DNA of 64,000 bases, taken from NCBI GenBank assembly GCA_963693365.1, contig CAVNZM010000016.1, forward strand, positions 6,617,029-6,681,028, in the 5' to 3' direction. Positions 40,801 through 48,536 of this stretch are shown here, piece by piece. Below the pieces are notes generated by a model that was not told where the DNA came from, did not search any database, and saw only the letters and a program-made list of their open reading frames with translations. How positions within the stretch are numbered: position 1 is the stretch's first letter; each line of letters starts with the position of its first letter. This DNA comes from Amoebidium appalachense. Taxonomy: Eukaryota > Protista > Ichthyosporea. A program made the translations under genes and the position numbers.

Positions 40801-41714
40801 CCTCTGAGCATACCCAGAGCCATGTCAATTCGTGGTAAAGGGTAACCGTCTTTCTTCGTAATCAAGTTCAGCATTCTAAAATCAATGCAGACTCTTAAAG
40901 ACCCGTCCTTTTTCGCCACCAACACCATCGGAGCGGAGTAAGGGCTGGACGCAGGCTCAATCACTCCAAACTCTACCCAATTTTGAATTTGTTTGTGTAG
41001 GCTATCGCGAAGGTGATGTGGGATGTTATAGGGCCTGCGGTACTGTGGTATGGTGGTAGTTACTTCGATCGACAGTTCGTCTAAGGTACTCAAACCAAAG
41101 TCGTTGTCGTGTGCAGAGAACACATGCTTCCATTTCTTAAGCAGTTTTCGTATCCGTTTCGCCAACGGTTTCCGTTGGTCTGGGGGAGTTCCAGGCATGT
41201 CGTATTCTTCTGGAGGTTTGACCCCAAAAGGCAAGTCGTCGTCTGTGGCGGCTTCCCCGTCGGAGGTACATTCGTGCGTACGCTTTCGTAAATTATTCGT
41301 ATCCTCCAGTGCAGTGGTAGATGGTGCCCCATCTGCTGCTTCGATAGTAGGTGGCCCTACCTCTGGTTTTGTTCGTGCTGGATTACCAAAACCATTCATT
41401 TTCGTGGAACTGCGCTGTGTGGTGTTCTCTTTCGTACTCATATTCATAATTTTACTCCGTTCACACACCTTAATACTACCGTTAATATTAGTAGCCGCCT
41501 GGAAAGTGTGTGGTTCGTGTTCGGTGGGTTCTTCGGTTGATTCCTGCGAAGAAAAGTTCGTTTTAGCAGAGGTACCTAATGGATGGCCAGGGTGTGGGGT
41601 TGTCGCCCTCCTGGTTCCATTACCGGAGTGTGGACGTGCTAAAAGAGTAACAGTGTCATCTGATTGCAAGGGAATAAACATGGCCACCTCCGTACCAGGG
41701 CCTAGGTACAACAT
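37857..41714 (-). CDS. Gypsy-1 Pol: RT, RNase H, integrase, chromodomain
   Basis: RT (LDLNGGYHQ, PFG, YLDD), RNase H (DSDAS, RE, TDH, DGLSR), integrase HHCC (H..AGH...CKAC) with DDE and GPY, chromodomain (FEVAKIIAH...YKVRWKGY...DTWEP). Confidence 0.97.
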   Translation of the reverse strand: MLYLGPGTEVAMFIPLQSDDTVTLLARPHSGNGTRRATTPHPGHPLGTSAKTNFSSQESTEEPTEHEPHTFQAATNINGSIKVCERSKIMNMSTKENTTQRSSTKMNGFGNPARTKPEVGPPTIEAADGAPSTTALEDTNNLRKRTHECTSDGEAATDDDLPFGVKPPEEYDMPGTPPDQRKPLAKRIRKLLKKWKHVFSAHDNDFGLSTLDELSIEVTTTIPQYRRPYNIPHHLRDSLHKQIQNWVEFGVIEPASSPYSAPMVLVAKKDGSLRVCIDFRMLNLITKKDGYPLPRIDMALGMLRGARVFSALDLNGGYHQVKVADNDKEKLAFTTPWGQYQFARAPFGVSNMPAVFSRMMNRVFAGMLWTHVLIYLDDILVMSPTIEEHFGHLDSCFSRLCDAGLKLKGRKCSLFMEEVGYLGHRVCPDGIKVDPEKVAAIKNKSYPQNLSELRSDLGLFSYYRIFVDDFSHTAEPLTRMLGTSKADSELLKRIHAKMPPSTKPAKRNGSAKQRKDEAKNLHADSAAILATKKKAQKNAAWVWGTEQEKAYDTLKNALINAPVLAHPDFTKPFIVDSDASQYALGAVISQVGDDGKERPIAYASRTLSKSERNYAANKREALGVYWAVCKAFRAYTYGAPFLLRTDHSSLTRILSTGDAPEPVVAGWQMALSAYTYEIQHRAGKHHSNADGLSRPSKENAQPGPEDTELTYPSLIGTVSGSSTVFAVTRSAAATAQAQAATHPPPAEPTKPNTTPPEFIPPKADGRMPTYEQYVSAQKADKHIAKVRAYLEKAPGYELFGNEIAMEASRCTIDNDLVYVWVLEQRGPRKPSKEPRIWVPSTLVRLVLAACHDAPTAGHLDAARTFHRVTQIAWWPRVWQDSVQWVTTCKACQYRKTPRMQKKLRIHDGFIPTYPFQYVSMDITEMPTKSDLRVSLLVFLDLFTRWPEVILFHKTPTAEDVAKAFEDSIYCRHGRPEFLVSDNGANLAAMLVTDVCRVLATKRIFASPYSPQTNGAVERFNRTLKNILATLVQDKHHEWIDYLPQVLFSYRTAYHSSLGDTPFFMLYGRDPVEPPRPPIAASCGMETEEYRRELLQRVQYARQTVTRIMSEAARRSKITANKNAREPTELEGLVLKAVTDSTTDHSLPTALRPKWEGPYRVLRRVTDAPMSYEIQRVGSTDTVRAHARHLKPYFPRDDVDMTPADSGPQDSPTPTFEVAKIIAHKYDSATAQALYKVRWKGYTAKNDTWEPHSGLQDTAAGALTDYLGTLVAGPASQPARKKRRRR

Positions 41715-41765
41715 GATGGTCCGATGTGTTAGTCAACAACACCTTGCATTCGTATTCGTCCTCGA

Positions 41766-42758
41766 TCACACTTTCTTCGCTAGTGGAGAGGGGGGTTCGT
41801 TATTCGAAATTCGAGCTAAACTGGTGACACTGCATGCTGTTGTGTAAGCCCGTGAATTAAGTGGACCACATGGAACCACTGTGCCCATACAACAGTCTAA
41901 AGTTCGTGGTGGTGGTGCGCCGGCAGCGAGTTTTATTTTACACGTTGCGATATTTGACGCATCTACCGGGAGGTGAATACCTGTGGTGGTAATTAATACG
42001 CGAGAAACAGCTGTCTCCTCCGCACTCCCACGCAACCACCACACCGGAATACTGCACCTGCGATTTCCCTTAGCATACATGAACGAAAGTTCTGCAGCAC
42101 CGTAATCAATTCGTCCCTGTTGTGGCCCCATGAAATCAACACCTAATAAGGCATCATATGGTAGATTATCAATCACATGCCATCTGTGCACCACTAGAGC
42201 AGATTCGTTGGGAATGGCGAGAGTGAGAGATATACTTCCTTGGCATGTCATTTCGTTACTTTGTGCATCCAGTACACTAAAATTAGGAACATGCTGAATT
42301 CGTTTTCTTGCCACTACAGGGAGAGATTCGTAAAATGCTGTGCTTATACAGCTATGGCTAGCACCAGAGTCGACAACTACTGTGACTAGCTTCCCATGCA
42401 CATACATTCGCGCAAGTGTGGCTGTGCATTTATTTTCGTGGGTTAATGTGCACACAGTGGCATTTTCATGCCGTGGTTCTGCAATGGAGGAGTGCACACG
42501 GTCAGCAAAATGCACATTTTTCTTTTTGCGCGGGGGCGGGGTGTGCGTGTGCATGGGGGGGTCAGTACACGGGGGTAACTGTTCGTGGGGGGGTGGGGCA
42601 CATGCAGATTCGTGGGAGGGCTCCGAGACAACAGAAATTTCCGCACCAGTAGATTTATTTTGCAATTTATCTGCCAGAGGGGAACACAGTTCCAGCTCTG
42701 CTATTAAATCAAATACATTATGTTCTACTGGGGAGAGACCAGTCCCTTGCCCGCCTTC
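41766..42758 (-). CDS. Gypsy-1 spacer plus aspartic protease, in frame after the gag TAG
   Basis: VVVDSGAS active site and ALLGVDF flap motif; the frame is open from 42758. Confidence 0.9.
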   Translation of the reverse strand, partial: EGGQGTGLSPVEHNVFDLIAELELCSPLADKLQNKSTGAEISVVSEPSHESACAPPPHEQLPPCTDPPMHTHTPPPRKKKNVHFADRVHSSIAEPRHENATVCTLTHENKCTATLARMYVHGKLVTVVVDSGASHSCISTAFYESLPVVARKRIQHVPNFSVLDAQSNEMTCQGSISLTLAIPNESALVVHRWHVIDNLPYDALLGVDFMGPQQGRIDYGAAELSFMYAKGNRRCSIPVWWLRGSAEETAVSRVLITTTGIHLPVDASNIATCKIKLAAGAPPPRTLDCCMGTVVPCGPLNSRAYTTACSVTSLARISNNEPPSPLAKKV

Positions 42759-43709
42759 CTATTCTACACGTGCTCTCTTGAACTTGGCCCGATTAGCCTC
42801 AATCTCTGCCTTGCGGGTTCCCTTCTTAAAGTTGGGGTCGTACTTGGGGCAAATTGGTGACCCCCCAAAGTGCCCCTTCTGCTTGCAGGAGTGGCATTCG
42901 AATTTGAGGGCCGGGCACGTCTTGCCTTCGGCGTGGCTGCCGTACTTGCACCCACGGTTGCAGGGGGTGGTGCCCATGCGCGAAAAAATAGACGGCTTCT
43001 CGCTGGCACCAGATCCACCACCGGGTTGCTGTTTTGTGGGGGGTTTCTGTGTTAGAATGGTGGATGGGGTTCGTGTGTGCCTGTCTCTTTCTTTTTCTGC
43101 GAGATAGGCAACAACTCCAGACAGGGTCAATTCCTCTTCTTTTCGTGTTTGTCTGAGTTGATATTTGCGAAATTCTTGTTCGTCTTCCCCACCCAATCGG
43201 TGAGACAAATCCAAAATTTGGTGTGCCTCAGACTTAAGGGGGTACACACGTGCCCACAAACGCGCATGCCTGCTTGCAAATTCGGCCACCTTTTGCTTGC
43301 CTTGTTTGAGTGCATTTAATTCGGCACTGAGTGCCTCTTGCACACGCTGGTCGTGAAATTTCGTAACTAGTGCATGTGCAAATGCATCAAACGTGAGTTC
43401 TCCCTGTGTCCTGGTAAAATTCGTGTACCACACACGGGCGGGGGAAGCAAGAGGAAAGCACTGCACCGCCCAGCGAACAGCAAGTGTGGGGGGGACCCCT
43501 GCAATGCAAAACTGAGTCATCTGCTGGGAAAATTCGTGCAGCCATTCAATCACCGTGCATTTATCCTGCAAGTCACCCTTGTATTCTGGTAGTTTCAATG
43601 CAGCCAAGATGGGGCCGTATTCGGATGCATGCAACTGGCGGAGAGGGTGCAACCACAGTTTTTCGTGCTCTGCAAAGTGCTTGTTCAATATAGACCCAGC
43701 CTTACCTCC
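42759..43709 (-). CDS. Gypsy-1 Gag capsid/nucleocapsid segment, in frame after the ORF1 TGA
   Basis: Retrotransposon gag motifs (ARVWY...FDAFAHALVTKF, LKQGKQKVAEF) and zinc knuckle CHSCKQKGHFGGSPIC. Confidence 0.88.
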   Translation of the reverse strand, partial: GGKAGSILNKHFAEHEKLWLHPLRQLHASEYGPILAALKLPEYKGDLQDKCTVIEWLHEFSQQMTQFCIAGVPPTLAVRWAVQCFPLASPARVWYTNFTRTQGELTFDAFAHALVTKFHDQRVQEALSAELNALKQGKQKVAEFASRHARLWARVYPLKSEAHQILDLSHRLGGEDEQEFRKYQLRQTRKEEELTLSGVVAYLAEKERDRHTRTPSTILTQKPPTKQQPGGGSGASEKPSIFSRMGTTPCNRGCKYGSHAEGKTCPALKFECHSCKQKGHFGGSPICPKYDPNFKKGTRKAEIEANRAKFKRARVE

Positions 43710-44765
43710 TCAGCCTGTGCTGACATCAGAGCCTCTCGGGCGACTTGGCGTGCCTGCCAGTCCACCTGCAGACGCCAGAGGGGATCCTGCAAGGGGGATT
43801 TCGTTAAATACGGGTGCTTTAGGCTGGTCGAAGTGATCTTCTTCATGCACTTTCGCAGTCATGTGTTCGTTTTCGTTTGTGGGTGTGTCTTCGTAGCTTT
43901 GTTCGTGTTTTTCTTCATTTTCAGCATCAGAATCAGTGTAGCTGAGTGTGCGCGCAAGCACATCCTTATATGTAAATTTAGTGGGGGGTGCGGGAGGTGC
44001 AATTACCTTGGGATCAGTGCACCCAGATGGGACCGGGGACAAAGGCTTCTTGCCTGTGGTGGGTGGGGGAGGACGGGGGGTGGTGGGCACCGTCGTATTT
44101 TTCACACGTGCCTCAGCCACCAACTGTGCTTCCCGCTCCAACTCAGACCATTTCGCGGACGTGCACAACATTCTAGACAGTGTGGTGTCTTCCATCTGCG
44201 AAATCTCACTGTAAATCTGCGCGACATCAGCTTCGAGGTCCATCACAGGCCGCCCAGCATCGATTGCAGTTTGAATGGCACGTCTCAGAGTTTCAATACG
44301 ATAGAACTTGGAGAGAACACGGCCCCGCACCTCTGCCAGAGCTGTGGCAGTGTCCCGGTCTTGTTTCGTTTTTTCCTTCGTTGCTACTTGAAGTTCGTTC
44401 GTGTGTTTGTTGGTGTTCGTGTGTTCGTTGGTGTTCGTATGTTCGTTGGTTTTCGTGTGTTCGTTGCGCTTCGTTTTGTCTTTGGGTTTCGTGCTTTCGT
44501 TGGGCTTCGTTTGTTCGTTGCCAGTGGGCTTCGTAGTTGCCTTTGTGTTCGTGTGTGTGTTGGGTTTTGTGATCGTGTTCGGTTTCTGGGGAGCACGAGG
44601 CTGTGTAGGGGGAGGGGTGGGGAGTGTTTTCGTGCCCTGCCCCGGAGTCTTGGCTTTCTTCTGCGTTGGGGGCGGCGGTTTGACTGCGGTAGGCTTCTTG
44701 GTGTCACGTGTCAGTTTGCTTTCATTGTCCGAGAGTACAGGGTAGTCGTCAAATTCGCCCGCCAT
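43710..44765 (-). CDS. Gypsy-1 ORF1 (351 aa; Pro/Thr/Lys-rich with coiled coil; Gag N-terminal extension or extra ORF)
   Basis: ATG (CCATGG context) 41 nt after the PBS; TNEH-type repeats; ends in TGA in frame with gag. Confidence 0.8.
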   Translation of the reverse strand: MAGEFDDYPVLSDNESKLTRDTKKPTAVKPPPPTQKKAKTPGQGTKTLPTPPPTQPRAPQKPNTITKPNTHTNTKATTKPTGNEQTKPNESTKPKDKTKRNEHTKTNEHTNTNEHTNTNKHTNELQVATKEKTKQDRDTATALAEVRGRVLSKFYRIETLRRAIQTAIDAGRPVMDLEADVAQIYSEISQMEDTTLSRMLCTSAKWSELEREAQLVAEARVKNTTVPTTPRPPPPTTGKKPLSPVPSGCTDPKVIAPPAPPTKFTYKDVLARTLSYTDSDAENEEKHEQSYEDTPTNENEHMTAKVHEEDHFDQPKAPVFNEIPLAGSPLASAGGLAGTPSRPRGSDVSTG

Positions 44766-44817
44766 GGTTGAAGAGATTCTTGAAAGATGTGAGATTCTGG
44801 AACTGCGCGGTCGCCAA

Positions 44818-45427
44818 TGTAAACAGTTGAACTAGTTGGGATAAGGCAGAGAACAACTGAATCAGAATAAAGACAGAGAACGGGTAGTAAGGCACACGCG
44901 GCCAGGTTACTATTTAATGTGCTCGTTCAGAGTGATCCCCCGTACTGGGACGGCTTGTTTATATAGCCCCCAGGTTCCGGATCATCTGGATGGGTGGCAT
45001 TGATGCCTTCGTGACTTCTGACCAGTCAGAAGAGTGCGGTCGTCTTTATGTGCACACAGTGCACCAATAACATGAAGCTAACTAAAAGGATAACTTTGTG
45101 GCAAATGATTGGTCAATACTTAAGCCCGTTTAGGTTTATGCAACTGGGTCTGATTTCCTTATTGGTTCCGTTCGTTTAGCTATAGATGTCGCCTCCGTAG
45201 TGGATGAGACTTGCATTCCTATCCTAGCGGTTCTCGAATTCTATTGGTTCATACTGACTGCACGGCCACTGCATATTGCCGGCGCCGCGGCTCAGTCGTG
45301 AGCCGCAGCCCGCGGCTGTCGCGTGTGATATTGATCTGATCATATGTACACAATATCTACGTGATCACTATGATATGTACAGTATATTCGTAATAGTAAA
45401 CATGTACGGCGTGTACAGATGTTTACA
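44818..45427 (-). repeat. Gypsy-1 5' LTR (610 bp)
   Basis: TGTAAACA...TGTTTACA 8-bp terminal inverted repeat; minus-strand TATA, ATTAAA and multiple CCAAT boxes. Confidence 0.95.
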
Positions 45428-45495
45428 ACACACACATACACACACACACACACTCTCTCTCTCATACACATGTACATACACACGCACACGCACAC

Positions 45496-45526
<31 letters not shown>

Positions 45527-45548
45527 GTGTCACACGCAAACACTCGCA

Positions 45549-45654
<106 letters not shown>

Positions 45655-46650
45655 CCGTGCACACATACATGTACCGCCTAAACTAGGTTTATCAGTACTT
45701 GACCCTGTACAATGCACGTGAAGTTGTTTCCACATCAAACTTTTTATATGATCCTTTTTTGTCCTACGAGTTGTTCAAGAATTTTGCCATTAATGTTTTT
45801 GCTTCTTTAACCATGGGGCCTGGGGAGGTGTGTGAGTGGGGAGGGGGGGGGGGGGGAGAGAGAGAGAGAGAGAGGTCAGTATAATTAAGATAGTGACCGT
45901 GCATGCAGAGCCTGCTAGATGTACAAACACTATGTATAGTCGTACATGCCCAAGTTCGAACACAACCGTTTCTTCTTCTTTTTTTCTTCTCCCCCCCCCC
46001 CCCCCCCCCCTCTTTTTATTTTTCTTTTCTTTTTGCTTTTTGTCTTTTTTGTGGGGGTTGGGTGTATATCGCCTCCAATGTGTACAGAGGAAACAAACAA
46101 CTAGTAGTGTCGGATTCTTGTGATTTTCTTTCCGTGTATCATGTAACATATCTCTGCCATGGCGATATTTCTGTACAATGTCTGTTATATCTTTGTTTAC
46201 ACGTATCATGTAACATATCTCTTCGATATTTCAGTACAATGTTATTAACAATTAGAAGCATCTTGAAATTTACATGAAAAGTACTGCCGAGTTGAGTTAA
46301 CTTGTAATACATGAACCACACCATCATTGAAAAGGCATTGCCTGCAACTTGTGTCCCGTTTGCATGACCTCGCTCCCTCCCCCTCCCCCCTCCCCCTCCC
46401 CCCCCCCCCCCAATCCTTCATAAACATCCCCCCTCTCCCGCCCCCCCCCCCCAATCCTTCACAAACATACCCACGCCCCCCCCCCCCCCCAACCTAGGCC
46501 TTCGGATTACCCCCACCCCCTCACACACCATCTGTTCAAACCTGGTCACACTCACACACACACACATCCACACACACACACACATACATGTGTGTGCGCG
46601 CGCGGCACACACACACACACACACACACCCACACCCGCACCCACACACCG

Positions 46651-46697
<47 letters not shown>

Positions 46698-46751
46698 AAT
46701 AACACACTCACACCCTCCGACACACATTCTTGTGCGCACACACACAAGTGG

Positions 46752-46840
<89 letters not shown>

Positions 46841-46843
46841 GTG

Positions 46844-46906
<63 letters not shown>

Positions 46907-47771
46907 ATTGCCATGACACAGACACACACACACACACACACACACGTGCACACACACTCAATGTTTACAACTCTCACACATGCGCGCTCCGACACACATG
47001 TACTCTTGCGCACACAAAAAACACGATGTGCGCGTGAACACACACACACACATGTGTACACACTCCGTACACACACACAAACACAAGTGCGCGCGTACAC
47101 ACACAAACACACCGTACACAGTCACACACTGACAAACACACACACTGTCATCTTCCTATGATTCACGGCAAGACTTAGAAGTTGAGTTTTATTTATGTTT
47201 ATTAGTTTGTTGTAGTTTGTTTCCTTTTCCTTTTTCCTTTCTTCCTTTTCTTTCTTTCCTTTCTGTTTCCGTGTACACCGGTATCTTAGATCTCTGTACA
47301 CATCGAGATATTTAGCTCGCGCACACGTATTGTCGTTTGTGTCAATATCTAAATATGTCGTCCCATCAGATCTCGTTGTATTTTCCCAAATATAGTAACT
47401 TACATTCCTTTCCCTTCTTTTCTCACGACGTAGCATTGTGCTATGTTCTCCAACTATTAGGAATAATTATATTTAGACGTGTTATGTTAAGAACATGTAT
47501 AAATGTATGATGTGAACTAATAGTTACATAAGTGGTTTCATTTTGTTAAATGTTTCCGTGTTTTTATTAGAAGTTACTTTCATTAGAGGATTGCGTTTTA
47601 TCTTCTATGTGTCGACAGACATTTCGATCGATATATTTTTCACTCATAGTTTTCGTCTTTCTGATTGGAAAATAGAGTTTTCGTTCTTTTGATTGGTTTA
47701 TCGATTTCACATTCCCAAGTGTCCACACTGTTGTTCTCGAGCGGGAGGAGGCAGCGGTGAGAGATGACACG

Positions 47772-48478
47772 TGTTCGGTCAGTCGGCGGTAACGGCTACA
47801 TAGCGGTGCAAGCTGATAGGCCCTAACGGGTAGAATGTTAAGCTCAGTCGTATGTATCTTTAGTGATTGGATATAGATCAGGTATAGTTATGAAGTGATC
47901 CGTAGTTATCAGTAGATAGGTGATATGATTGGTGGCTTTTCCACTGTTCTAAAAATGTGAGTGAGCCGCGCACCAGCTTTGTAGAGCTGGCTGTGGGCGT
48001 CGTTCGTTCAGTTCTTGTTTTTAGAGCTAGTGTGTAGGTGAAAAGAAAAAAGGGGAGGGAGCAACGTGATAAGGTAATAATTAGGCTGTTTGGGTGTTTT
48101 CTTGGTTTGGTGGCACCTTGTGTAAAGGGGCAGAAGCTGAGACCTCAGTCTGATTAGTTGGTGCCTTACGGTTTGCTCTTGCTTCCTTTTTTCGCTCTAG
48201 ATATTAATACGACTTTTACATTTGTCTTTTCCCTTCAGTATGCTGATTAGCTCGCTAGCGCTGAGGAGTCTTGTAGAGTGAAAAACTACGTAAATTTGTC
48301 TGTCTCTCTGCCTATACAGTCACAGTGAACTTTCTGAACTCCAAGCATTACAAATACGTGCTCTGCTTTCCTTGACATGGGCAAGTGAGCCTCTCTTCTT
48401 CCCGAGCAGAACTCTCTTATATACGACATTGTGAGTCAATGCACGGTCTCTACTAGGTAGTCGAGCTCGGTGTAAACA
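47772..48478. mobile_element. Candidate solo LTR (707 bp) of a third family
   Basis: Begins TGTT, ends AACA, flanked by the 4-bp direct repeat CACG (47768-47771, 48479-48482); non-coding, with ATTGG boxes. Confidence 0.42.
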
Positions 48479-48536
48479 CACGGCCTCCCCCTGTGGGGAG
48501 GTGCGGGGGGTGTCACGGTGGCGCGCGTGTGTGTGG

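Larger units (their letters stand above)
37187..45427 (-). mobile_element. Full-length chromodomain-bearing Ty3/Gypsy LTR retrotransposon (Gypsy-1), recent insertion in a (CA)n tract
   Basis: LTRs 37187-37791 and 44818-45427 appear identical apart from 5 missing terminal nt on the left copy. PBS TGGCGACCGCG at 44806-44816; PPT at 37792-37805. Domain order gag-PR-RT-RH-IN-CHD. Confidence 0.97.

Noticed and set aside
43629-44771. 380-aa plus-strand ORF antisense to Gypsy-1 ORF1 (also 48320-49012 antisense to the YR element)
   Set aside because: Explained as shadow frames of biased coding sequence; no domain evidence.
46134-46245. Small local tandem duplications (about 66 bp here; 21 bp at 33050-33091; a diverged 370-bp unit at 1345-2085)
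   Set aside because: Ordinary slippage or duplication products with no further structure.
48261-48300. CTGAGGA...GAAA resembling a hammerhead ribozyme core
   Set aside because: Stem II and the flanking stems do not pair convincingly.
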